Assembly: GCA_964016885.1 (NCBI GenBank) | Contig: OZ024745.1 | Span: 44,888,001 to 44,952,000, forward strand | Reading direction: 5' to 3' | Source: Eledone cirrhosa | Taxonomy: Eukaryota | DNA length: 64,000 nucleotides | Shown: piece after piece, positions 50,521-62,700 of the stretch | How positions within the stretch are numbered: the first letter of the stretch is position 1 | Layout of the letters: each line of letters begins with the position of its first letter | Notes under the pieces: generated by a model | What the model was told of the DNA's origin: nothing | The model's input: only the letters and a program-made list of their open reading frames with translations | Database searches by the model: none | Position numbers and translations under genes: made by a program

Positions 50521-51385
50521 AACTTACATGCGTCTTTTTTATTCCTTATTAATATCATTCCTAATTAAAAGTAGAACAATTTAAAAATGTTAATTTGCTG
50601 TTTTTGAAGATGTATGGTATCAGTTATTTTTTCCACAGGCAATGTTGCTTTTGTTGGTTCCTAGGTCGTGCAATTCTCTTGTAGATTGATAATAGTATAC
50701 TCCTACATAGTTGTGATATATCTTTAGTTCTTAACCCATCACCATACTGTGTCCTTTCTCTGTCTCTTCTATCATTATTGTAACGGATTCTGCTCTATTC
50801 AACTTGTTCATGAAATCAAAATTTCTTAAAAATTTGTCATTGTTCCGACCCAGTATCATGCAGAGGTTTGGTGATGCCTGGAGCCAACTCTTTGATTATA
50901 TGTCCATGTCCATAAAACTCACATAAAAGTTCAATAGTGAGAAAAATGGGCAAGGAAGACATTTTAAATATGTAAAAACAGATGAAACATGAGTTAAACA
51001 CTTCATTCTAATTAATTGAAAATCAGCTACATTTATTGCCTGCTTCCCAAAATAGAGATGACCTGCCAGAAAACTACTTCATCTTTTTACAATCCTCCAC
51101 TGCATTCTACTTCTTCTTTACTTCTTTTTATTCAGGCATCTAACACCCCACTTTGACAGGATTCTTCTTTGTGACTCTTTGGTTAGATGGCCCTGATATG
51201 GATACTCAGGGCCATTTCACCTTCTGTTTCTCTCTTTGCACACCACATCTCTGCTTTTTTCCATCAGGGACAGCGTGCAATTATTGATTGTAGAGGGCAG
51301 TACTCTAATCTCTAACTTTTCCAAGTTTTCTGTTAGCTGCACCAATGTCAATTATACTTTCATGTTCCTGTACTGATTGGATATA

Positions 51386-51591
51386 CAGTGTGTTCGCTTT
51401 TTATGCGATGATGCGTTTGTGAACGTGGCACGTAAAGCAAATTCGCATAATTCAAGTATAATTTTCTGCTAAATAAAAAATTTCAAAACCACATGCATTA
51501 TAGCCCATTATTCACGCAAAGTGAATATTTTTTCAAGAGGCATTAAAGCGAATTCGCGTATTTCAAGTTTTCATAAAAAGTGAACAGACTG
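51386..51591. mobile_element. Tigger/pogo-like MITE with TA TSD
   Basis: TA-CAGTGTGTTCGCTTTTTATG ... CATAAAAAGTGAACAGACTG-TA (20-bp TIR, 2 mismatches). Confidence 0.85.
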
Positions 51592-54073
51592 TACAGGATG
51601 ACCCATCATACATCTATCTACTCATATAAATATAAATAGTATAATGCCCAGCCACCAGAATCTTACTTCAAATACACTTGAATGTGCGTTAGATGAAAAC
51701 ACGACAGTATATCTAATAAAAGCTTAGATGCATTGAATGTAGAAATGACCTGATTTTAGATGTAATGCATTGCTAGCCCGAGATATTGTCATCTAAGAAC
51801 CTGGAACTTTGTTTAGCCAAGAATAAAAAAAAATATTTGAATGAATCTAGATCTGTTTGATCTCTATAAATGAGCCATCTTTGTTTTTTTTTTATGTGGA
51901 AAATAGTTTTACGAAATGGTGCTGCCATTCAGACCTTGAAATACTTGTCATATCTCTGTGTGTTACTGTTTACAGCCTCACCTATTATGGTTCATCAGTC
52001 TTTACAAAATGTCGTAGAGTTGATGTTTTTTTTTTACCCAGTTTCTTTTCCAGGCTGGAAATATATAATTTAATTTAAGTTATTGTAAAAGTGTGACTAT
52101 ATAATTTTCCTTCCCTTCATCCTTTTCTTACCATATTTCTAATAAAAAACACTGCCCGTGGTTTTCAAATAATTTTGAAAATAATCAAGAATTTTGAGGG
52201 ATTTAGTAATATAACTAATTTTCTCCTTACTAAGCTGGTGTTTGAAACTTAACTTAACATTTTGTCTATAAAATTATGTTGAGAGATTTTTTAGATAAAT
52301 ATAAACACTTCAAAGTAAACAGTTTAGTATTGGCAGGTTGAAGCAGTTTGGTATCAAAAGAATTACCTGCCCTTTAATAACTTGACGCAGAAGGAAGGGT
52401 TCCATTAATCTTGATATATCTTGTAGATTGACATATTTTACTCTGATGTAGATATTATTGAGTTTGAGTTTGTTTAGTTTATACATTTTAATGCTGGTAA
52501 TACATTGATATAACCACATCCCCTTCTCTCTATCTTTCACTATGTATATATTTATGCAAATGGTTTCATTGTTTTCTTAGCCTCAGTAGTTTTCCTTTCC
52601 CAATGATATTTTCATTAACTTACTAGTCTTATTATTCGTTTATATAATTCTCCAGAGCTTTTCTTTAATTATAGATAAGTTCAACAATGTTTGTCTGATT
52701 TATAGTACTTATAATACTTTATATAGCCTTAGAAACCTATCTTATTGCTAGGAAACTCCTGGTGTTGATTTCAGTGTATATCTGTTTATTAGTCAAACCT
52801 ATGTTTATGCTGTTATTCATAATAATAATAATTATTATTATCATTATTTCCATTATTATTTTTATTGCGCAACATTACTGCTTTATTATTATTTGAATTA
52901 ATAAAATTAGTTGGGAGTGTTGTAGTTTGCTTGAAGCATTACAGAATATGAAAAATGGTATGATTAGGACACCACTACAATGTAGGCAGGATTGTAAAGT
53001 CAGATAAGAGAGGTAAGGATGAATGGAAGAAGGGAGAAAAAAAAAAGAAAGAAACTGCCCTTGAAAAAAAGATGGTAAGACATTCTTGAACCAACTCAAA
53101 ATGCATTCTCTCAATGTCAACTCTACTTTTGCTGTAACTCTCTCTACCATCTTCATTACTTAATCCATTAGCTCTAATGTCCCTTTATTCTCTGCATTTC
53201 CTTTGCTTTTGTAGCCAGTTTTCTAGCTAATTTGTTTGATTGGCTAAGAATGTAACTAGTTTTAAACCACCTCTCACACAGTAGCTTTTAATATCTCAGT
53301 GGCTATACAAATGGTGTTCTTTCTTTGTATTTGTAGCTTTACAAGTACTCCCCACCCTCCCTTTAATTTGACCCTTATATCAACTGTAGCAGAGCCTAGC
53401 TGTCTCCTTGCTCACTACATTCATTCATTCAACAAATACTTTTATGTGTGTGTGTCAGGTGTGTATTCATCAATACAAAAAAAATAAGTTTAAAACACAC
53501 TGAACACACACTCCTTTACACATTTAGACTCAATGACAAACTTCAAATAATTCCCAAGATCAGCCCATGTCCTGCATCACTTTACTTATCAACCTAAACA
53601 AAGAAGAATCTCACCTTTTCTCTTGTTGTATTGATGAAAATACATACATATATATTTTTGTTTCTTTTTATTTATTATTATTTTGTTGGCTAATTGTCAG
53701 TCAAGTTTTTCTCGCTGCTGCTTAAGTGTTGTAAGCAGCAACTAGTGAGGTGTTTGGCCAGCGTTGTCTGCTGCGTTGTTAAGGTAACTCACTTCCTCAT
53801 CCATAGCTGGCAGGAGTTTAAAGAACACCTGTTTAGAGAACACCTACTGCTGATGTGGCACTCCTGTTCTTTTCATCATTGTTGCTGTTATTATTATTAT
53901 TATAGTTGTTGTTACTGATGGGGGTGTTAGTGGGTTTGGTGCACCACCTTGTAGTTTTGATAAATTTACCTACAGTTATACACTGTTAACTTTTGAGATC
54001 TCTGGTCTACTTCTTTGTTTTTGCTTCACATGCTACCACCTGGTAGACTAATTATTTTGATCTTGGTGGAAAT

Positions 54074-54122
54074 ATGCCACGCATCTCATCATCGGCCAGG
54101 GTTCACATTGGTGATGGGGAAG
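54074..54122 (+). CDS. Candidate host-gene first coding exon (MPRISSSARVHIGDGE, phase-1 donor)
   Basis: ATG with A at -3, strong donor AAG|GTAAGC, CpG-containing unique sequence, Inr-like TCAGTC at 53697. The frame is also open from an AG at 54045-54046. Protein not recognised. Confidence 0.4.
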
Positions 54123-54507
54123 GTAAGCTATTCTTTTCAAGTTCAACAGCTAGAACAATATTGGCTACCTGTTACTATATAATTTAGTATGTTACTTCTC
54201 CTTATTCAGGTGAATAACCGTTCTCTTTTCTTCATGTACACATGTTCATGTACTCACACATACCACAAAGTGTACATACACACACACACACACAATGCAT
54301 ATCTTTACATTGCAAATACTCACAACATACACGTATGAAAAAAAATTTTTTTTTTCATGTTTTTGATTTAATGGTTCTTCAAATTTAGTTTACTCTGTGT
54401 GTATGTGTGTACTCATTTATTGGTTTTAAGTCTGGTATTTACTTTATCTATTTTTCGTTAAACCACTAAGTTACAGAACATAAACACAGGCAAAAATATA
54501 AACATAT

Positions 54508-54542
<35 letters not shown>

Positions 54543-54606
54543 TACGTGCACTCACTCAGTCACACTCACAAACACATACGTGCACTCACTCACACACACA
54601 CACACT

Positions 54607-54668
<62 letters not shown>

Positions 54669-54696
54669 CACATATATATATACATATACATATAGT

Positions 54697-54735
<39 letters not shown>

Positions 54736-54958
54736 GTATGTATGTGTAAATATATGTATATAGTAATAATAAATACAAAGACCAAAATCCGAAGACGGTC
54801 CACGTTTTTTTGAAATATTTACTTCTGCGTCTACAGATTAATTTTTCTGAGTTTCAGAAGATCCCATATAGGGTGAAAGCAGAAATTCTTTGCTTAAACT
54901 TAAATTTGTATATATATATATATGTGAGAAAAACCACAGACCCTCCATCTCAACTCTA

Positions 54959-54994
54959 CTTTTGAAAAGCAGAAGAACTGCGAAACCGGTAAAG
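54959..54994 (+). ncRNA. Minimal hammerhead-like motif, U3-A8 core variant (possibly a fossil)
   Basis: CUU-UUGAAAA-GCAG(AAGAA)CUGC-GAAA-CCGG-UA-AAG. Stem I is only 3 bp. Confidence 0.4.
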
Positions 54995-55127
54995 GAACCA
55001 AATAAATATATATATTTTTTTAAACAACAAGACTCCAGTTGCATTTTCGATTTCATCCCTTTTTCTTTATACTTTCACTCGTGTAGGACACCTCGGTTAT
55101 TTTTCATTTTGTAAAAAAAAACCTCAC

Positions 55128-55167
<40 letters not shown>

Positions 55168-55344
55168 CACACACACACACACACGCGTGTGTATATAAGT
55201 ATATATATATATGTATGTGTATAATTACATATAATGTTTATATATGTATGTGCCTATATATATATATATATATATACATATGTGTATGTATATGTATGTA
55301 TCATCATCATCGTTTAACATACATCTTCCTAGCTAGCATCTATA

Positions 55345-55400
<56 letters not shown>

Positions 55401-55422
55401 GGTGTGTGTGTGTTTGCATATA

Positions 55423-55464
<42 letters not shown>

Positions 55465-55961
55465 TATATGTCTGTCTGTCTGTATGTCTGTGTATGTATA
55501 AAATTCTTTTTCTGATATATTTCTTCAATGTACCATGTCATTTGCTTTATTTCTGTTTACCTTTTACACATACAACACACTCTCTCTCACACACATACAC
55601 ACACACATATATATGTATATATCTATATATATATCTAAATGTATGTATATGTTATGTTGTCTATACCCATGCTAGCGTGGCAGATGGATGTTAAACGATG
55701 ATGATATATATATATATATATATGTGTGTGTGTCTTTTACTATAGCCCAAGCATAACCAATGCCTTGTAAGTGAAATTTGGTAGATGAAAGCTGTAGAAT
55801 CTTTATATATATATATATATATATATATAGGAAAAGGGTCAGGACACTGATGGCAGAACTCAAGCTATTTCAACGGCTATTTCTGAGTCCTCTCTACTAC
55901 CCAAAGTATCGAGTACTCTGGTGCGTTATGGTTCACCTGGTTCCTTACCACACTTCCTTTG

Positions 55962-55997
<36 letters not shown>

Positions 55998-56079
55998 CAG
56001 GCTTCTATAGCACTTGCCTCGGTCTATGCTTATATATAAAATAATGTTGGTGATATATATTAAGAATCAGCTGATGATT

Positions 56080-56830
56080 CATTCTATTGCCACTATGGAA
56101 TGAATCATCAAATGTAGAAAAGGAAAAGGCATAAACTCGATATGATGTGCACAATATAAATATAGTGTCCACAAAAGATGTAGTGGGATAACTAGTAGAC
56201 TAACAGGACAAATAATCTTTGTATGTAGATCTTCTGTGTTAATTGATAGTAACAGGGTCAATGATATGAATCTTTTCCAGAAAGGGTCCAAAGAAGAGGT
56301 TGATAGCTTCTGCTGTCTAGGTGATTTAATTAGCAAGTAGTAGTGGAGGCTGTTTGAGAGCATAGTAGCTAGAATAAGGATAGGATGAGTGGAAGAGGTT
56401 TAGGGAACTACTACCTCTGTTGACAGATAAGGTTTCTCCTTCCAAATGAAAGGTTGTTGTATGTTGCCTGTATGTAAAGTACTATGTTGCGTAGTTTTAA
56501 AACATTGGCAGTGACTGCAGAGGATATACACAGGCTGGAGAGAAATGAAGCAGATGTGCTTTAATGAATGTGCAATGTTAATGTAAGAGAATGACAGAGC
56601 TTTGATGAACTAAGAGAAAAACGATTTATGAGAGGATTCAGATGTAGTGTGCATTCATATGGACATGTGATGTGCATGGTTGATAATCACTGGGTGAAGA
56701 AGTGCCAAATAATTGTAGTGAAGGAAGCTGAAGTAGAGGAAGGCCAAAGAAGACCTGAGCAGAGGTGGCGAGAGACATGTTATGCTGAAGAGGACCTGTC
56801 CAACCCATGTAAGTGTGGAAAAACGGACAT
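56080..56830 (+). pseudogene. Decayed RTE copy (PHD + C-terminus + 3' end)
   Basis: CRKGKGINSI*CAQY..VHKRCSGIT and RLERNEA motifs, homologous to the intact ORF. Ends AACCCATG..GTGGAAAAACGGAC. Confidence 0.85.
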
Positions 56831-56999
56831 ATAGGTGCTAGTATGCCTGTGTGGTTAAAGAGATCCCTTCACAACCATGTGGTTCTGGGCTCAGTCTACT
56901 GTGTTGGCATCTGGGGGTGGGAGGTGCAAGTGTTTGACTTATATTTTGTATGTGAAATTTGTTAGACAGATACTGTAGACATTCCAATTACAGAGAGAT

Positions 57000-57295
57000 C
57001 TCCTTGTTAACTCTCCCCAGTAAAGTCTATGCTAAGTGTCTGGCAAAGAGATGCAGGTAAATTGTTCAGTCCAAGCTATGAACTATGTGATTTTCGCCCC
57101 AGATGCTACACAGCCAACCAAATATTCACACTGCATCAGGTCTTTGAAAAATCGTGGGAGTATTGCCAAGAGATATATTCTTATTTTATAGACCTCAAAA
57201 AGGCATATGACTGCCTTCCTTGGGACCTGCTGTAGAAGGTTCTGCTTGAGTATTTGATCAATGGTCAGCTTCTAGCTGCCCTGATGTCTACAACA
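57000..57295 (+). pseudogene. RT fragment of a second RTE family
   Basis: DFRPR..NQIFTLHQVFEKSWEY..FIDLKKAYD (RT motifs 2-3). Confidence 0.75.
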
Positions 57296-58920
57296 AAGCA
57301 TGGCTGCTTCATTCCTCTCCAGCCTATGCATGTCCTCTGCAGTTACTGCCCATGCAGCATCGCACTTTACATTAAGTCATCATTTTATTGTCAACAGTGG
57401 GAGTAGCACTCTAGACTTCTTCCATCCTATCCTTATTCTAGCTATTATGTTCTTGGAGCACCTTCCTCTGCTGCTAATTAAGTTATCTAGATAGCCGAAG
57501 CTATCAACCACTTCTATAGATCCTTCATGAGATTGGAAACGATTTATATCACTGATACTCTTCCTGTTGATTACATCTGTGCATCTACATACAAAGTATT
57601 CCCTTCCTGTTAGTCTGCCTGTTATCCCACTACATTTCTTGTGGACCCAAGGTTTACATTGTGTACATCATATAGAGTTTTTGCCTACTCTTTTTCTACA
57701 CATTGAGCAGGGCCACTTTCTTATGAAAGAATCAGAATCCTATCTTCTTTCCTACTTGCTAGCACTTTAGCTTTGACTAAGTTTATTCTCAACCATTTTG
57801 ATTCCAAATTCTCTTTCCATAGTTGGAATTTATTCTGTAGTTCTTTTATGGATTCAGCTATAAGAACCAGATCATTAACACAGAGAAGTTCCCATTGACA
57901 GCCAGTCTTTGGCCTGGAGAACTATAATGAACAGCAGTGTGGTGGAACTGAACTCTGATGGACTCCTACTTACACCTTGAATTCTTCATTAAACTCTCTT
58001 CCTACTCATTTTACTGACAGCTTCTCTGTACATGGCTTACACTGTTCTCACAGGCCATTCTTCTACACCAAAGACCTTTTCTTGATAAAAAAAAGCTAAA
58101 TATAGCAGCTTATTCTTGGCTAGGAACTTCTTTTGTAGATGTCTCACTAAGAAGAGGGCATCTGTAGTACATTCCCCAGACACAAAACTGAACTGCATCT
58201 CATCTAATTTGACCTTTTCTCTAATTAGCTGGGGTAGAACGCTTTCCGTCATTTTCATAACTTGGTCCATTAGTTTTATTCCTCTGTAGTTGTTCCTTTC
58301 TAGAGCATTACCTTTATCCTTGTAGTAATTTATAATTGTACTGCTATGCCCGTCATTGGGTATGACTTTGTCCTGTATTACCTGATTTACTCTGTGGGTT
58401 ACTAGTTTGACTTCTACTTCTGATGTTTTTAGCATCTTGGCAACTATCTCTGACAGTTTTTCATTTCCCTGATTGCTTCTTTGACCCTATAACTGTCAAT
58501 TTCAATACCTGGTCCCTCTGTTGAGTAAGTTGGAGGTAGTGGGAATTACTCTTAGCTAAGTACTTCTCCTGTAATTGTCTCCCAAGAAAGAGGACATCAG
58601 TGGTAGCTTTACATTGTACAAAGCTGAATTGCATCTCATCTAGATGAATTCAATCCCTGATCAGTTGTGCTATAACTCATTCCATATCCTTCATAACCTG
58701 GTCCATAAACTTAATGGTTCTATAGTTACCCCTGTCTAATGCATGCATCTTCTTTGCACTTGTAGTAGTTGACAGTGACAGTGCTGTTGCTATGCCAATG
58801 ATTGGGTATGACACCATTCTGTATTACTTGGTTTATAAGGTGAGTAAGGTGTAGCCCACCCTCTCAGTTGCTTTCAGCATCTTAACAACTATCCCTGAGC
58901 ATCTAGTAGCTTTGCCTTAC
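57296..58920 (-). pseudogene. Two decayed RTE RT fragments (~57296-58530 and ~58550-58920)
   Basis: NYRGIKLMDQVMK..LDEMQFSFVSG..DALFLVRHLQ, homologous to the intact ORF. PHD remnant at ~57590-57715. Confidence 0.88.
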
Positions 58921-59420
58921 CATACTGCACTAAGTTCAAATCCCATTGAGGCTAGTAAATAAAAGTACCTGTCCAATCCAGTATTGGGGTTGATTCTTCT
59001 TCTCTATCTCTTTCTCACTTCCTCTCTCACACTTTCTATCCTTCCCTGGAAGAAATCTGCTATGGTCAGACCTGGAGAAGGATGGGCTTCATCAAGCTTA
59101 AAATGCCCAAGAAATGCCATATATCACTACGGCACTCTTATGGCTTCATCAAGAGTTACAGGTCAAAGAAGAAGAGAATATGATAGAGTTAAGGGGGAAA
59201 AAATGCAGTTTCTAATTCATGTCATCAAACCATTTTAAAGTTGTGATGAAGACATAGGAAGAATTTACATTTTTAATCTTTTTGTTACCATATTTCTAAT
59301 GAAAGACACTGATGTTCAAATAATTAAGAATTTGAAAGGATTTAACAATATAGCTAACTTTCTCATTATTAAGTTGATATTTGAAACAACTTTACAAAGG
59401 TTCTTAGATAAAATTATAAT

Positions 59421-59675
59421 TCTTTCTACTTTTGGCACAAGGCCAGCAATTATCCCAGTATATTACTGGTACTTTATTTTATTGACCCCGTAAGGATGAA
59501 AGGCAAAGTTGAACTCAGACCGTAATAGGACGTAACTATGCTAGAAAGCATGACGTCCAACCCTCTACCGATACTGCCAAATCGCCGCCCTTAGATAAAA
59601 TTATAATTGTTTCTACTTTTGGCACAAGACCAGCAATTAAACCAGTGTATTACTGGTACTTTATTTTATCGACCC
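59421..59675 (-). mobile_element. Two SINE-A copies in a P2 MITE with a triplicated 18-bp target site
   Basis: CTTAGATAAAATTATAAT at 59403-59420, 59590-59607 and 59676-59693. Confidence 0.92.
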
Positions 59676-60597
59676 CTTAGATAAAATTATAATGGAAGGA
59701 TTTTAGATAAATATAAACACTTTAAAACAAAGTTTTGTTCATAGAATCAAATGGTGGTTCTTGGCAGTTTAATATCAAATGGTTTAAAACAACAAAAGGA
59801 GAATGATAACTGTCCTTTCTTTTTAAAGGGGACATCACATTTTTGGTTACATGATATACATCTCGGAGGTTACATTAGATTTTCTTACCATATAAGCAAC
59901 TATACCTTAAAATATAAATCATTGATGCTAATTACTCATTCTATATATTTACCTCTTTTCCACCATTTGTATTTTTTGTTAGAATTTGGTGATAGTGGTA
60001 GGCTGTAAAATATTTTTCATAAACATCCTGTATACAACATGTACACTCACATACACACACATTTATATATATATATATATTTGCTGAGCTACCCGATGAT
60101 TCCTGGGTATTTTATTAAAGTTACAAAATATTTGACCATTGAAATATAATTGCTGAATTTTAACTAAAGTAGGAATTATAGCAGAATATTTATTGCCATT
60201 TGTTCAAAGCAAATCATGTAGATAAAAATATTAGTTTTTTCCAGTGGTGAATTTTTGAATACTGTTCCCTATTACAGTCAACATATATAATGCTTCACGC
60301 CTGGAAGAATCATTAGGTATGTTGTCAGTGAAAATGGCATGAACATAAAATACATTTAAATTTTTTTTGTTTATCCTTTTTTTTTTTTTTTCCATAATCA
60401 GAACCTCTGAAATTCAAACATGTGAAGGCTATGATAAAAACTATAAATAAAATAAAATAAAAAAATAAATTTAGCATTGGTTTATGAATGAATGAAGAAT
60501 TTACTTACTCATTTCTGTAATTCAGGAAAGTTTATTTAAATGTGTGTATGTGCGGTAAATAAATATATACATATGCACCAGGAACCAAACTTCCACT

Positions 60598-60965
60598 GTC
60601 ACTACCTCCGTCTTTCCCACTCTCCCCATCTCTCACTACCTCCGTCTTTCCCACTCTCCCCATCTCTCACTATTATGAGCAAATGGGGGCCTACGTGCTG
60701 GCCACCCCGCTGTCCCGGTGGACAGAATAGAGATGTTTCCCTGGAGGATGATGAGGAGACACGCTGGAAAAGCCATTCCAGCTTGCAAGGCTCACATGTG
60801 CAGTTAGCCAACTCTGTGCCGATAGTGGTGAGTCAGGAGGTGGCCCTAGGGCCAAGAACACCAGAAGTCTTTACTGCTACAGGCTTGACCACAAACCTGT
60901 CAGAGAGCGACCAATATTTGGAGAGCTTACTCTTCTTGGTTCGAAGTGCGGTAGAGCCCAGGTTA
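60598..60965 (-). mobile_element. Second CRE-like 3' fragment
   Basis: Reverse-complement homologue of ~37785-38105 (CEPCKLEWLFQRVS). Has a 34-bp tandem duplication in the 3' UTR. Confidence 0.8.
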
Positions 60966-61299
60966 ATTACAATTTTTACACTGTAGTTTTCATCAACTTT
61001 TGCCTCTATGGTTGTAGGATCTTATTTGAGGGAGATTTGTTTTCTATTTCTTTTAGGTACACCAACAGTTATAGTGGCTTCCATATTACATACACATGCA
61101 TGTGTATAAGACTGTTGGCTGTGATTTGAAATGGATTTTGCTAATATTTCTAGTAGATCGAGGTGTCGCATACAACCTTTCCTTTTTTCATCATACATAT
61201 ATACATACATGAGACAGTAGACTGAGATTTGAAAGGAATTTGGCTGCTATTTCTAACAGGTCTAGCTAGTTAGTATAAAAAGATCTCACTTATGATACT

Positions 61300-62700
61300 T
61301 TATATAGCAGAAGTACCCAGGAATGTCTGTATATTCTTTCAAATTAACAATATGCAGTGAATTTGCAACATTAGAATTCCTTACAAACTATATGACTAAG
61401 GAATTAATATCATTGCTCATTCTCTAGCCTCTGGATAAACAACATTCTTGGTTTTGCCCTGTGGTGCTACAATGAAGAGACAATCAGGATTTCCAACCCT
61501 TGTTGTATCAACATAGAGCTGACCATGTGAAAATACAGGATCTATCAGGTTCAGCTCAATGACTTTCAATGATTGCCCATGAGATTTATTGATGGTCATG
61601 GCAAAACTGATTCTGATAGGAAATTGAAGCTTTTGAAATTCAAATAGCAAATCAGTTACCTTCAGAGTTATTCTGAGAATGAAACAATTGTCACCAGAAA
61701 AACTTTCCTGACATGATTGCAACTTCTAGGACATTGGGCATCATATTTTTAATGATGAATCTTGTGTCATTACAAAGTTTTGGAGGATCCAAATTATGAA
61801 ATAACCGATGCTCCAAGCTTCATTATCAGGTTGTGTGGAGGAATTCCTGCTAGTTCAAGACTGTTTCAAAAAATTCAGTTGGATAGTTTACAACCTGCTC
61901 TCGGGAAGTGATTGTCAACTGATTTGTAGCATCTTTTCTCTCCTGGTAACATGTCCAGCAGCATTCTGTTGATTTCTTTCACATCAACATTTTTCAGTGC
62001 AAAATTGCTCGTTCCAAGAGCCATTTGGGATCACATTGTCTGATCTGAATATTTGGAAACACTCTGGTAATCAGTCCTTGTTCTGTGTCAATGATATGGC
62101 CAAATGACAACTGGTCATTGGAGTTCTTTTCAAGTAGCCCATTTCCCAATTTAAGTAGTTGGATGACAAACTCATTGACACCTTCATCACCAGTCAAGTG
62201 CAATTGCATGTTGATTGTAAGTGGGGCCAGAGATTGGATGTTTTCAGACAAGCATTGACCTGATCAGCTTGGGTCCCATGGGGAATTGCAGGCTGAGTTT
62301 TTCTGAAATCACCCGCAGGAACCATTGTCACTCTTCCCATTATGCAAGTATTTTCTTTCAGATCCCTTATTATCCAGTCCAAAGCTTCAATTGTTCGTTT
62401 GGGTGAATTCTTGATGCTGCAAAAAGATTGTTCATGCCGTGTGAGGTCTATGGGCCGCTTAAAATGGAATAGTGCAGTCTTCCTCCATCCAGAAGTGTTG
62501 CTGCAATGCCACCTGAAGCCACGGTAAGGGCAATATGTTGTTTTTGGCAAACTTTGCGAAGATCCGCCAGATAGATTGATTGCTGGAGATGTATTGACCT
62601 GTCTGATATGGTTTGACTTCAACCAGCCCACTATTGAATTCCTTGTCAGTAACAAAGGTAGCCATGTCACTACTTTTGTTGATATATTTTGTGACATATA
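61300..62700 (-). mobile_element. Decayed Helitron-type PIF1 helicase
   Basis: Frameshifted GGIAATLLDGG, GDFRKTQPAIP..QVNACLK, LTINM, GIPPHNL..NLDPPKLCN, QFPIRISFAMTINKSHGQSL..VFSHGQLYV..RV..TKNVVYPE. A degenerate hairpin + CTA(G)-like 3' end lies near 61303-61330. Confidence 0.85.

Noticed and set aside
49982-50584. Six overlapping 130-176 aa ORFs
   Set aside because: Stop-free CA-rich minisatellite; low-complexity artefact.
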